Shown: positions 18,701 to 28,083, numbered from the stretch's first letter. The stretch: DNA of 64,000 bases from Candidatus Binatia bacterium (GCA_963664395.2 OY761159.2:4704001-4768000), one strand, 5' to 3'. The notes: generated from the letters alone by a model not told the origin. Program-made: numbers and translations.

Positions 18701-21700
18701 ACGCCGGGGATCGGCTCTCTCACTGTTGTCTGGAAGGAGCCGACCAATACTGGCGCATCCGCCATTACCGGCTACGACGTGCGCTACATCAAGACCACCG
18801 AGGACGAGACGGACGACGCCAACTGGACGGAGGTTGACACCGGCTGGACCTCCGGGGACGATCTGGAATACATCATCAGCAACCTGTCCGATGACGTTGC
18901 CTACGACATCCAGGTGCGGGCGGTCAACGACCAGGGCGACGGCGCGTGGTCAGACACGGCCACCGAGACGCCCTCAGGCGACGCGCCCTACTTCTCGGAA
19001 AGAGCCGCCACCACCCGGAGCGTCGATGAGAATGCGACCGCCGGCACGAACGTTGGCGCCCCGGTCGAGGCGACCGATCCCACCAACGAGACTTTGACTT
19101 ACACGCTTTTAGGCACCGACGCCGGCTCGTTTGATATCGATGACAGCACCGGCCAATTGTCAGTAGCCTCAGGGACGGCGCTGGACCACGAGACCAAGCC
19201 CAGCTACGCCGTCACCGTGACGGCCACCGATCCCGTAACGGCTACCGACCCCTCCGCAGACTCCGACTCCATCGCCGTGACTATCGAAGTCGAAGACGTG
19301 GATGAATCGCCCACGCTGACGGGCAAAGACAGCGTCTCGTATGCCGAGAACAGCATTCTCCCGGTCACTGAATACGACGCCCGTGACCCGGAGGAGGAGT
19401 CCCTCATTTGGTCGGTGGCCGGGACTGACGGTGGCGCCTTCTCCATCAGCAACGGTGTCCTGAGCTTCGACTCCGCTCCCGACTTCGAGGCGCCCCGCAG
19501 CAACGTCTATGAAGTGACCGTAGTCGCCTCGGATAGGACCTCCCGCCCCGCTCGACTGCCCGTCACCGTCACCGTCACCAACGTGGATGAAGTGCACACG
19601 CTGACGGAGCTGAGCCGCGTCTCGTCGTATGACGAGAACGGCATCGGGTCGGTTGCGGGATATATCGTCACCGACCCGGAGGGTGTGTCACCCACCTGGA
19701 CGCTGGCGGGTACCGACCGGGGCGACTTCACCATCAGCAACGGCGTCCTGCGCTTCACAAACTCACCCGACTTCGAGCAACCCGCCGACGCCGGTGGCAA
19801 CAATTTCTATGAGGTGACCGTACAAGCCACCGCTGGGATTCACACCAGAGAGCAGGCCCTCACTGTCCGTGTCACCGGCGTGGATGAACCGCCCACGCTG
19901 ACGGGACCGACCAGCGTGCCACTGTATGACGAGAACAACACGGCCCAGGTCGCCCGCTACACCGCCACCGACCCGGAGGGTAAGACCGTCCTCTGGTCGG
20001 TGACCGGAACCGACGCCTTCGATATCAGCAACGATGGTGTTCTCACCTTCAAAAGTCCGCCCGACTATGAGGCGGCCGACAGCCACACCGTGACCGTGCA
20101 AGCCTCTGATGAGACCACCGACCCCGCGACGCAAGCCCTCACCGTCACCATCAACAACCTGGACGAAGCGGGCCGCCTGACCCTGTCGTCAGAGCAGCCG
20201 CAGGTGGATGCCGCGTTGACCGCAACCCTGACCGACCCCGACATCCCTGTCTCTATCAACTGGGTGTGGGAGCGTTCCTCGAACAGGAGTACGTGGACGG
20301 AGATTGCTGGGGCGGACTCGGGCAGCTACACGCCGGAGACCGGCGACATAAGCAACTATCTGCGGGTCAGGGTGACCTACACCGACGGGCATGGGGAGCC
20401 CGACAGTAAAAGTTTCCAGCGTATGGCCACCAACCCGGTGAGGGATGAGCAGGGCAGGAACCCACCACAATTCCCGGAACCCACCACAACCCGTAGCGTC
20501 CAGGAGAACGCGGCTGCCGGGAGTCCCGTCGGCGCACCCGTGACGGCAACGGATGCGGACGAGGCGGACAAAGACCTGCTGACCTACACGCTCTCGGACG
20601 CTGACGCCGGTCCGTTTGCCCTCAACCCCGATACCGGCCAACTGACGGTGGCCGAGGGGACGGAGTTGGACCACGAGACCACGTCGAGCTACGCCGTCAC
20701 CGTGACGGCCACCGACCCCTCCGGAGCCTCCGACTCCATCGTTGTGACTATCACCGTCGAAAATGAGGATGAGCCGCTCACACTGATGGGACCGAGCGCC
20801 GTCCCGTACGCGGAGAACGACACGGGGCCAGTTGACACCTTCAGCGCTGACGACCCGGAGCACGAACACGACCCGATTACCTGGCCGATTACCTGGGCGC
20901 TAACAGGAGTCGATCGAAACTCTCTCACCCTCACCGCTAACATCACCGACGCCACCCTCACCTTCAACGACCCGCCCGACTACGAGGCGGACACCCGCTA
21001 CACTGTGACCGTGGAAGCCTCCGCCGGGAGCCATACCGCGCGACAGACCGTCACCGTCAACGTCACCGACGTGAACGAGCAGCCGACAATCACCAGGCCA
21101 GCCGATACCGATATCCCGTATGAGGAGCACGGCACGGGGCCGGTTGCCACCTACCGCGCCACCGACCCGGAACGCGACCCGATTCAGTGGACCGTCGATT
21201 CCGACGACTTCACCATCAGCGCCGGGGTTCTGCGCTTCCGCACCCCGCCCGACTATGAAGCGGACAACCGCTACACCGTGACCGTGACAGCCTCCGATGG
21301 AGAGTTTACTGATGAGCTGCCCGTGACGGTCAGCGTGACCAACGAGGACGAAGATGGCAGCCTGACCCTGTCGTCGGTACAGCCGCAGGTGGATGCCGAG
21401 TTGACCGCAACCCTGACCGATCCCGACGGCCTCGTCTCCACCGACTGGGTCTGGGAGCGGTCGCAGGACAACAAGCGGACTTGGGAGCCCGTCAAGGGGA
21501 CGCCCGCCGCCAGCGTCGAAGAAGACCTCTATACGCCGGAGACTGCCGACGTGGGCGCGTACCTGCGGGTCACAGTGACGTACACCGACGGGGCCGGGGC
21601 CGACAAGCGCGTTCCGCCGATCGTTGCGCCCTATGCGGTACGACAGGCGCGGGTCAATAACGATCCCCCGGCATTTACCGAGCCCACGGCCACTCTCACC

Positions 21701-23314
21701 ATCGGAGCCAACGCGAGAGCGGGGAGTAGCGTCGGTACACCGGTGAGGGCCGAGGACCCTGGTGACCCGCTCACCTATACGCTGGACGAAACGGAATCGG
21801 CTGCGGCCTGTTTCGATATCGACTGGCTCAGCGGCCAGATCACGGTGGGCCCACAGGGGGTGGCGCCCTGTGCAAACTCGGTGACGCGGTCACCCGGGCA
21901 GCGCACGATAAGCGCGAGGGCTGAGGAACCCAAGACCTACCAACTCACCGTGCTCGCCTCTGACCCGTCCGGGGAATCCGCCGACATCCCCGTCTTCATC
22001 ACCGTCTCGTCTTCTCCGCCGCCCCCGCCACCCCCGTCACCCCCGCCACCGCCTCCGCCTGATCGTGGGGGCAGCGTGGGTGGGGGCGGCGGCGGTGGGG
22101 GCGGGGGCGGTGCTCCCGCCTGTACGCAGGATGACGTGCACGCCAACACCGCCGCACAGGCCACTGACAGTGCGCTGTCTGCGGTGACGGCCGGCGCGAT
22201 CTGTCCAGCCACCGACGTGGATTATTTTACCGTCACCGCCCCCGGCCAAGGTCTCGTCTTTGTGGACACCACCGGCGGCGTGCAGACCCGAGGGATCATC
22301 TGGCAGAACGACGTAGTCTTGGCGTCCGGCTCCACGGGGAGCAGTGGGCAGGCCGACCGGCTTGGATATCGCGTGCAGGCCGGCCCAGTCGTGGTGGCCG
22401 TGCAAGGGCAAGGCGGGGCGACCGGGCCGTATGCCGTCGAGATCACCTTTGTGCAAGGCACTCTGGAGAACCCCGGCCCCGATTCGTTTCAAAGTGGTGT
22501 GGGCGTACTGTCGGGCTGGGTGTGTGAGGCGGCGGTGGTGGAGATTGAGTTGAACGGGATACCGCAGGAGGCGGCGTATGGGACGGAGCGGCTGGACACG
22601 CTGAGGGCGTGTGGCGACACGGACAACGGCTTTGGCCTCTTGTTCAACTGGAATCTGTTGAGAGATGGGGAGCATGAAGTCGTGGCCCTGGTCGATGGCG
22701 TGGAGTTGGGCCGGGCGACGGTGACCGTGACGACGCTGGGACAGGAGTTTCTGCGAGATGTGACGGGGACGTGTGAGGCCGCAGACTTCCCGACGCTGGG
22801 TGAGCGCGTGACGCTGGAGTGGCAGCAGAATAGCCAGAACTTCGTCATTGCGGGGGGGAGTCCCCCGGCTGGGGCCACCACGGGCCGGACGAGTGGGCTG
22901 ACGGGGTTTCTGGAGAATCCGGGTCATAACTCCTTTCAGAGTGGGGTCCGGGTGCTCTCGGGTTGGGTGTGTGACGCGGACACGGTCGAGCTTGCGATTG
23001 GGACCGCCGGGCGGCAGGTGGCCGCGTATGGGACGGAGCGGTTAGATACAGCCGGAGTCTGTGGGGATACGGACAATGGGTTTGGGTTGTTGTTCAACTG
23101 GAATCTGTTGGGGGAGGGGGAACATGAGGTGGTGGCCTACGTCGATGGGGTCGAATTGGGTCGAGCCACGGTGCGGGTGACGACCCTGGGGGCAGAGTTT
23201 CTGCGGGGGGTTGAGGGCGAGTGTATGGCGGAGGACTTTCCCATGCTGGGCGAGACGGTCACACTGGAATGGCAGCAGAATAGTCAGAATTTTGTCATTA
23301 CAGACGTGGAGTAG
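15770..23314 (+). CDS. Giant secreted kexin/furin-like S8 serine protease with FN3, PPC-like, P-domain and cadherin repeats and the conserved duplicated C-terminal domain
   Basis: Catalytic VAVVDDG / NHGTAVAG / GGTSAATP; AAGNG; YGFG; GTWTLRISD P-domain; SVDENA..VG.PV.ATD and PDYE cadherin motifs; 2514 aa. Confidence 0.92.
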   Translation: MHSHVRKTLLPTAVWGLCWLLLIAGDVWAQTAPGAPTITTVAAGHSSSLGLTLAVTWTAPADTGGSAIEAYDVRFIETADDETDDANWTVEEGDGALSYTISGLIDSTEYDVQVRAINANGDGAWSATETGTTSDHSDTTSGATSLTLDTDMGGVIDPGTDVDYFTFTLTRETGMLIYTTGDLDTVGELQNSSGSVIDSDDDSPLSDTPLNFFMWQTLARGTYRIKVSSYGEATGSYVLHARAMVDSNGSANAQEITFDSAGNGAANGIISQGGRYGDVDYFKFTLSEATDIVIHTTGLVDDTVTNLFNSDGTERLAANDDGYLWPSSYQSLIRTRLDAGTYYILVASRHQIYTGFYNLHVNKVTEPGNSLATATPLILGKAGGGRIDPSDDVDYFRLDIPETTTIYLGAISKTVQVHIDGDLLDSNGTTFYPNLPEELYGRGFRFYDRLTAGTYYIKVTHDGDDTGLYTIRAFEDRSYNNFLTRCSNIQTTLEEGSDPLYGCQWHLHNTGQLTGGTAGEDINVEEVWTAGNLGAGINVAVVDDGMDYTHEDLSANVITARNHDYTAGEGEDTTDIFDPFENHGTAVAGLIAAQNNSLGVRGVAPQAKIYGHNVVLDPTEANEVDAMIRNLETTAVSNNSWGPPDGLGPATAPTIWEMAMEKGITEGFGGKGIFYAWAAGNGVEGGSNLDEYANHYGVTAVCAVSDQGKRSAYSERGANLWVCAPSDDFDRGRHEITTTDNDDFYTNSFGGTSAATPIVSGVAALVRSANTALSWRDVKLILAASARKNDPDNTGWEDGALQYDSDTERYHFNHEYGFGVVDAKAAVDLADGWTDLPTLGQETKSSENLNLRIPDRGTVTSSLTLGSAVAFTEFVEINADFGHPAFRDLQVELVSPSGTVSILSVPHRLPYIARFIRIPLWGRFRFGSAKHLGEDPAGTWTLRISDRVSGDTGTLNSWSLTVYGHRSTPGAPDIDAVTPGIGSLTVVWKEPTNTGASAITGYDVRYIKTTEDETDDANWTEVDTGWTSGDDLEYIISNLSDDVAYDIQVRAVNDQGDGAWSDTATETPSGDAPYFSERAATTRSVDENATAGTNVGAPVEATDPTNETLTYTLLGTDAGSFDIDDSTGQLSVASGTALDHETKPSYAVTVTATDPVTATDPSADSDSIAVTIEVEDVDESPTLTGKDSVSYAENSILPVTEYDARDPEEESLIWSVAGTDGGAFSISNGVLSFDSAPDFEAPRSNVYEVTVVASDRTSRPARLPVTVTVTNVDEVHTLTELSRVSSYDENGIGSVAGYIVTDPEGVSPTWTLAGTDRGDFTISNGVLRFTNSPDFEQPADAGGNNFYEVTVQATAGIHTREQALTVRVTGVDEPPTLTGPTSVPLYDENNTAQVARYTATDPEGKTVLWSVTGTDAFDISNDGVLTFKSPPDYEAADSHTVTVQASDETTDPATQALTVTINNLDEAGRLTLSSEQPQVDAALTATLTDPDIPVSINWVWERSSNRSTWTEIAGADSGSYTPETGDISNYLRVRVTYTDGHGEPDSKSFQRMATNPVRDEQGRNPPQFPEPTTTRSVQENAAAGSPVGAPVTATDADEADKDLLTYTLSDADAGPFALNPDTGQLTVAEGTELDHETTSSYAVTVTATDPSGASDSIVVTITVENEDEPLTLMGPSAVPYAENDTGPVDTFSADDPEHEHDPITWPITWALTGVDRNSLTLTANITDATLTFNDPPDYEADTRYTVTVEASAGSHTARQTVTVNVTDVNEQPTITRPADTDIPYEEHGTGPVATYRATDPERDPIQWTVDSDDFTISAGVLRFRTPPDYEADNRYTVTVTASDGEFTDELPVTVSVTNEDEDGSLTLSSVQPQVDAELTATLTDPDGLVSTDWVWERSQDNKRTWEPVKGTPAASVEEDLYTPETADVGAYLRVTVTYTDGAGADKRVPPIVAPYAVRQARVNNDPPAFTEPTATLTIGANARAGSSVGTPVRAEDPGDPLTYTLDETESAAACFDIDWLSGQITVGPQGVAPCANSVTRSPGQRTISARAEEPKTYQLTVLASDPSGESADIPVFITVSSSPPPPPPPSPPPPPPPDRGGSVGGGGGGGGGGGAPACTQDDVHANTAAQATDSALSAVTAGAICPATDVDYFTVTAPGQGLVFVDTTGGVQTRGIIWQNDVVLASGSTGSSGQADRLGYRVQAGPVVVAVQGQGGATGPYAVEITFVQGTLENPGPDSFQSGVGVLSGWVCEAAVVEIELNGIPQEAAYGTERLDTLRACGDTDNGFGLLFNWNLLRDGEHEVVALVDGVELGRATVTVTTLGQEFLRDVTGTCEAADFPTLGERVTLEWQQNSQNFVIAGGSPPAGATTGRTSGLTGFLENPGHNSFQSGVRVLSGWVCDADTVELAIGTAGRQVAAYGTERLDTAGVCGDTDNGFGLLFNWNLLGEGEHEVVAYVDGVELGRATVRVTTLGAEFLRGVEGECMAEDFPMLGETVTLEWQQNSQNFVITDVE

Positions 23315-23473
23315 AGGGGTCGGGCCGGTGGGATCGTGCCGCCCTCAGGGCCTACGATTGGGAGACCTTGGGTGCCGTCAAAGACCAAACGCCCGGCGGC
23401 GTTCGATCGAAATCCCCAGGAGGCGCAGTGAGACACGACCTCCCCTTACTTTCGATTTCAAAGTGACACGACC
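23315..23473 (+). repeat. Intergenic element copy R3 (longest copy)
   Basis: Combines the R2 sequence with the R1 tail actttcgatttcaaagtga. Confidence 0.92.
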
Positions 23474-23542
23474 GCAAATCCAACCAAGCACTATTCGTCG
23501 ACCCTCCTCGCGTTGTGTTCTTGCAGTCCTCCAGCGTGCAGC

Positions 23543-24139
23543 CTACGCATCTTTTTCCACGCCGGTCCCGGCACATTCGATCAGTCGCTTTTCCGTGACA
23601 ATGTAGTCCACGCGCTCGTCATGCTCATCAATAGGGATGTGCGAGACGATTTGGTAGTCATAGGCAAGACCAACTCGAAAAGCTCCAGCTAAAATTCCTC
23701 TCAACGCCCGGTCATAATAGCCTCGGCCGCGGCCAAGTCGGTGGCCGGCCCGATCAAAACCAACGCCGGGGATCAGCACCAGATCAGTGTGGGCGACACT
23801 CGTGAGCAGGTCTTCCCCCGGTGGGATCAGTATATCAAAAATTCCTGGAATTAAATGATCTTCGTCTTGGCGCCTGACGAACTCAATCGCCTGTTTATCC
23901 GCGCTGATTCTCGGGTAGTAGACATATTTTCCTTGCCTGCGGGCTGCCTGCCACAGCCCGTCGGTTTCTACTTCATTTTCATGCGGACTGTACAGCATAA
24001 GCTGCCGGGCTTGGTGAAAAATCGAGCGAGCCAACAAACGGGCCGCAATCCGCTGACTGTTTTTCTCGACTTCCTGGGCTGAGAGTGCCCACCGCTGCCG
24101 GCGGAGTACTGTGCGGAGTCGTTGTTTTTCAGCCCGCAT
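23543..24139 (-). CDS. 5-formyltetrahydrofolate cyclo-ligase
   Basis: K..LR, Y.P..NEV.T, DLVLIPGVGFD..GHRLGRGRGYYDR, HDERVD.IVTE; start uncertain. Confidence 0.92.
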   Translation of the reverse strand: MRAEKQRLRTVLRRQRWALSAQEVEKNSQRIAARLLARSIFHQARQLMLYSPHENEVETDGLWQAARRQGKYVYYPRISADKQAIEFVRRQDEDHLIPGIFDILIPPGEDLLTSVAHTDLVLIPGVGFDRAGHRLGRGRGYYDRALRGILAGAFRVGLAYDYQIVSHIPIDEHDERVDYIVTEKRLIECAGTGVEKDA

Positions 24140-24176
24140 AAACGTCAATGGACCCAACAGGTCAGTATGAGTTCTC

Positions 24177-24629
24177 CTAGCCGCGTTCGGGTAAGGTGAA
24201 GGTCGCTTCACCGGTCAGAATGTTCTCACCTTTTTGATTACGCTGCCAGATCTCACAATCGACTAGAGGCTCGTTAGTGGGCTCGGCATCTGCATGATAC
24301 GTCCGCGTCACAACCCCGCCACAGGTCAACATATCGTCCGGAAAAACATTGGCGGCAAAACGCAGCTTGGTTTTTCGGATGTCCCAGGGATGGTGCAGCC
24401 AATCAGTCAGAAAACGATATAAAAAGGTTTCGTTCAGAGGGCCTTGTTGGACAACGTCAGGCAGTCCGCGTTCCTGCGCGTAGACACGATCAAGATGCAG
24501 CGGATTGGTGTCACGCAAAATAATGGCCACTGGGATATACGAAAGACGGTCCATCGGACCATAGGTCGCCTGGGGCAGTGGCATGCCCTCATGCGCATCT
24601 TCAAAAAAGATTTTTGGCCGGGTGTCCAT
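24177..24629 (-). CDS. MaoC-family hotdog dehydratase (HadB-like)
   Basis: DTNPLHLD..YA...GLP hydratase motif; RF...VFPDD. Confidence 0.85.
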   Translation of the reverse strand: MDTRPKIFFEDAHEGMPLPQATYGPMDRLSYIPVAIILRDTNPLHLDRVYAQERGLPDVVQQGPLNETFLYRFLTDWLHHPWDIRKTKLRFAANVFPDDMLTCGGVVTRTYHADAEPTNEPLVDCEIWQRNQKGENILTGEATFTLPERG

Positions 24630-24634
24630 ATTGA

Positions 24635-25114
24635 CTATTTGAACAGGATATACGACTGCGCGCCCTGAAAGGCTACGGCCTCGGTTTCATCCGTCGCAGT
24701 AAAACGAACTTGGATCACATCAAACCTGCTTTTGCCGTGCTTCTCGTACACATCCGCCACTTCGGCCCGAACGGTCAGCGTTTCGCCAACATAGAGTGGC
24801 CGCACGTATGCCAACTCCTGCTCACCGAACATAGCGGTTCCGGTCCGATAGTTGAACAAAAAGTCTTTTTCCCAATCAAAGGAGCGAATCAGCGCCTGCA
24901 CCGCAATAAAAGGGGCGAACGAGGGTGGAATAACCCGACGTTCATAGCCAGCCGCTTTGGCCCCCTGGTCATTAAGAAATGCGGCCCGCTCTTCGCCCGC
25001 AACGGGGAGATAGTCTTGTATGTCGTCCGCACGAATGGTGTAGCGCACTGGAGACAGGACGCGGCCGATCAAGCCGGTCCGGTCCGGCGCTGTTACAGAT
25101 TCTTGGCTGGCCAT
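24635..25114 (-). CDS. MaoC N-terminal/FAS1-like hotdog protein (HadA-like)
   Basis: A.AAGY....PPSF, GEQEL.YVRPL.VGE; paired with the MaoC gene. Confidence 0.8.
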   Translation of the reverse strand: MASQESVTAPDRTGLIGRVLSPVRYTIRADDIQDYLPVAGEERAAFLNDQGAKAAGYERRVIPPSFAPFIAVQALIRSFDWEKDFLFNYRTGTAMFGEQELAYVRPLYVGETLTVRAEVADVYEKHGKSRFDVIQVRFTATDETEAVAFQGAQSYILFK

Positions 25115-25162
25115 CGGTCTGGGTCGGTCTGGGCAGGACGCCGGACCCGACGCCCCTTGGGA

Positions 25163-25561
25163 CTACTTTCCAAATACAGCGTTCACGAGTTCGGTATCCA
25201 GATATTCCGTGACTTGCTGCACTTTACCATTTTCGAGTCGAAAGACTTGGGCGTAGGTGTTGTTATACGCCTTACCGGACTTGGTGGTGGACTCGCCACG
25301 GCCTTGCATGACAATAGTGTCCCCTTCTGCAATCAGATTATCCACGTGCATGGTCAGCCCGTTTTCAAGCTGTGCTCCGAGGGGGGCCAGGACTTTTGCA
25401 ACGAGTTCCGCTTTGCCTTTGAACACGCCCGAGAATTTGGTCGAGCCGATAATGGTGAAATTGACATCGTCCGCCAAGGTACTCAAAAAGGCATCCGCAT
25501 TCCCTTTCGAGAGCTCGGCAAACATAGTTCTGATGATTTCCTTATTCTCAGCAGCACTCAT
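25163..25561 (-). CDS. NTF2/SnoaL-like protein
   Basis: NKEIIR..F, LADDV, IAEGD.IV, Y.N.Y..VF..ENGK...V.EYLDT. Confidence 0.88.
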   Translation of the reverse strand: MSAAENKEIIRTMFAELSKGNADAFLSTLADDVNFTIIGSTKFSGVFKGKAELVAKVLAPLGAQLENGLTMHVDNLIAEGDTIVMQGRGESTTKSGKAYNNTYAQVFRLENGKVQQVTEYLDTELVNAVFGK

Positions 25562-25595
25562 GATTTCCTCCTATGAAACATCCTTCACCGGGAGA

Positions 25596-25625
25596 ACTGT
25601 ACGCCGGGTGATAAAAGGGTGTCAA
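25596..25625 (-). promoter_or_regulatory. Putative sigma70 promoter TTGACA-N18-TACAGT
   Basis: Lies upstream of the NTF2-MaoC operon. Confidence 0.5.
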
Positions 25626-25690
25626 GTTTGAAACGGGCAATGTGGGACGGTTCGCACCCCTCCCCTTTCTGCTCCCTCGCCCCGAAGAGT

Positions 25691-25795
25691 GAACCCACCC
25701 CGCCGCTGACGCGGCACCCCTCCGAGGAGGGGATTGTTCTACTCCCCTCCTTAGGAGGGGTGGTCCTGAGCTTGTCGAAGGGCCGGGGTGGGTTC
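25691..25795. repeat. REP/MITE-like palindromic element with 12-bp terminal inverted repeats
   Basis: gaacccaccccg...cggggtgggttc, two internal cccctcc-N-ggagggg hairpins and cctgagcttgtcgaagg. Confidence 0.7.
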
Positions 25796-25811
25796 CTTTT
25801 TACATCAGACG

Positions 25812-27092
25812 TTAGCGTCCGGGGAAGCGCGCGCGCAGCCAGTCCACAATCACTTTCATCGTCGCGTCGCGTCCGCCGCGGTCGGGCTTTGACGCGAGCG
25901 GAAAACCAAAGTGATCGGCGTCCACATGCGCAATGTGTTTGTCGTCAGCCGGCGATTGTCGATAGACGGCTTCTGACTCCTGCGGGTAAATGGCGTGATC
26001 TCCGGTGTGATTCACGACCAGAGTCGGCAGGCTGAGGTGGGCCATATTGTCGAGCACAGCCGCTCGCGACGCCTGGCCCGACCAGGTGCTGAGCCAGGCG
26101 CGCGGCGTTTGGTATTTGGCAAAACCGGCTTCAAGATAGTTAAACAGATCCGGCCGTGGAGACCAGAGTGAGCCATAGTCCCGCGCTGACGGGTGAATCG
26201 AAGGGTCGGTATAGGCAAGATTCGCCTCCGTGCGGTGAATCTCCATATAGCGCCCGACGAGAGCCCGCCGACTGAGGAAATTTCTCTGCTCAAGCGGCTG
26301 GTCGTCAAAGTCCGGCTGTCGAATCTGCTCTTGAAAATAGCGTTGCTCGTCCACATGGCGACGGGCGATAGCGTCAATGCGCTTCACCCGCTGCAACTGA
26401 GCGGCCCGGTAGCGTTCGATGAATTCGGCGCTATACGAGCTGGACTGTGGCGGCTCACAAAAGCCATTGGCCGGATGATACATATCCAGACTTGGATCAT
26501 AGGAGAGGGGGTCGTCCTCGTCTGTAATAGATGGATCGATTGCGCCTTCCAGAAATTTCCCTTCCCCAAGATGGGCCGCCAGAAAGACCATCCCGTCTGC
26601 GCCTGGCAGTTGAAATCGATTCAGATCGTACGGATCGCCTGCCGGAGTCGTTGTCAGCCGGTCCGGTGGTGCGGTCGCGGCTTGGGCCAGATAAAAGGCA
26701 TATAGGGAGCCGCCGCCACTATTGCCGATCAGCACGATGTGCTCAAAACCCCGCTCTTCTCTGAGGTAACGCAGGCTGGTGGCGACATCCAGCAACAGCA
26801 TTTCGTGGATACAAGCAATATCGTTGCCGGGCCAACGGCCTTCCTGACCAAACGCGGCATAACCGCCGTCAAGCAGATAGGGAATGGCATAGTGGCGGCT
26901 CATGTCGGCCCGCGGGTGCATCAAGCACACAGCCGTTTTCTCTCCACCCTGTGTGTACAGGACGCCTTTTGATTCACCCCGGTCTTCCGCGGTGAACGGA
27001 ATAATCTCATAGTTCGTGTGTGACGGAAGCGCGTCAAATGAAATCAGACTGAGACCCTGGGCCGAATAGCGCGGGATGCGGGCGAGTGCCAT
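25812..27092 (-). CDS. Alpha/beta hydrolase
   Basis: GNSGGGS nucleophile elbow, GD.AI acid, ADH histidine; AGGAGGA RBS before ATG 27092. Confidence 0.85.
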   Translation of the reverse strand: MALARIPRYSAQGLSLISFDALPSHTNYEIIPFTAEDRGESKGVLYTQGGEKTAVCLMHPRADMSRHYAIPYLLDGGYAAFGQEGRWPGNDIACIHEMLLLDVATSLRYLREERGFEHIVLIGNSGGGSLYAFYLAQAATAPPDRLTTTPAGDPYDLNRFQLPGADGMVFLAAHLGEGKFLEGAIDPSITDEDDPLSYDPSLDMYHPANGFCEPPQSSSYSAEFIERYRAAQLQRVKRIDAIARRHVDEQRYFQEQIRQPDFDDQPLEQRNFLSRRALVGRYMEIHRTEANLAYTDPSIHPSARDYGSLWSPRPDLFNYLEAGFAKYQTPRAWLSTWSGQASRAAVLDNMAHLSLPTLVVNHTGDHAIYPQESEAVYRQSPADDKHIAHVDADHFGFPLASKPDRGGRDATMKVIVDWLRARFPGR

Positions 27093-27124
27093 AGGCGATC
27101 CTCCTTTCTCACACAGCCTCATGA

Positions 27125-27153
27125 GACATAGAAGACCCCTCTCCACTTGTCAA
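27125..27153 (-). promoter_or_regulatory. Putative sigma70 promoter TTGACA-N17-TATGTC
   Basis: Canonical spacing upstream of the hydrolase. Confidence 0.5.
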
Positions 27154-27248
27154 AACATAGGGTATCGCCTTGCCCTGACTCGCCCTGACTCGCCCTTGCA
27201 CCCCTGCCCTTTTCCTAGCAGTATAAGGTGAGAGGAAGAGAGGCTTGT

Positions 27249-28076
27249 ATGACTACACGCGAACGTTTCACCGCCCTTATCTCAGGACCTGAAGCAGACC
27301 TGGACCTCGCCGAAGCCGCTCTCCTGATTGCGCAAGAAGAACAGCCGGAACTCAACGTTGCCCACTACCTGAAGCGTCTCGACCAACTCGCAGACGCGGT
27401 ACGCGCCAAGCTGCCCGAGTCACCCACCCCCCAGGACAGTATTAAAGCCCTCAACACCCAACTCTTTTTTGAGGAGGGCCTAAGAGGTAATGCCGGCGAA
27501 TATTATGACCCGCGCAACAGCTTTCTGAATGAGGTGTTGGAACGCAAGAGCGGTATCCCTATCACCTTATCCGTTCTGTATATGGAGGTTGGCCGTCGCC
27601 TGGGTCTTTCTTTGGCTGGAGTTGGATTTCCGGGCCATTTCCTGGTCAAGTATGTCGGCCCGGATGAAGAGCACATTCTCGATCCATTTGCCGGCGGGGC
27701 AGCGCTGACCGAAGAGCAGCTCGCCGCAAAGCTCAAGAGCATGTATGGGGACAATAATCCCTTTGTGGCTCAAATCCCTCAGTTGCTTACCCCGGCAACG
27801 AAAAAAGAAATCCTCATCCGGATGCTGCGCAACTTAAAAGGCGTCTATCTGCAAAAGGGCGATTTTGAACGTGCCCTAAGCATTATTGATCGGATTCTTT
27901 TGCTGGCGCCGGATTTTGCCATGGAGGTCCGCGACCGCGGAGCCGTTCAGCAACGCTTAGGGCGTATGCAGGGTGCCGTCCGCGACTTCAAGAAATATCT
28001 GGAGCTGGCACCCAAGGCTGAGGATGCGGCAAACATACGCGCCCTTATTCAGCGCTCGGTCGCCCAATTGAATTAG
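27249..28076 (+). CDS. SirB1/YchA family transglutaminase-like + TPR protein
   Basis: LAEAALLIA, GN..YYDPRNSFLN.VL..K.GIPITLS, GVGFPGHFLV, RMLRNLK, RDRG. Confidence 0.9.
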   Translation: MTTRERFTALISGPEADLDLAEAALLIAQEEQPELNVAHYLKRLDQLADAVRAKLPESPTPQDSIKALNTQLFFEEGLRGNAGEYYDPRNSFLNEVLERKSGIPITLSVLYMEVGRRLGLSLAGVGFPGHFLVKYVGPDEEHILDPFAGGAALTEEQLAAKLKSMYGDNNPFVAQIPQLLTPATKKEILIRMLRNLKGVYLQKGDFERALSIIDRILLLAPDFAMEVRDRGAVQQRLGRMQGAVRDFKKYLELAPKAEDAANIRALIQRSVAQLN

Positions 28077-28083
28077 TGCCACA

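Noticed and set aside
13207-22927. Long antisense ORFs over the giant surface genes (e.g. 13532-14821, 15830-16849, 17228-18211)
   Set aside because: Shadow frames of GC3-rich coding sequence with no recognisable motifs.
11016-23473. Classical integron attC array
   Set aside because: No intI gene, and no RYYYAAC...GTTRRRY boxes seen in R1-R3.
24140-24180. 6S RNA, often found upstream of 5-formyl-THF cyclo-ligase
   Set aside because: No room: the MaoC gene ends about 40 bp upstream.
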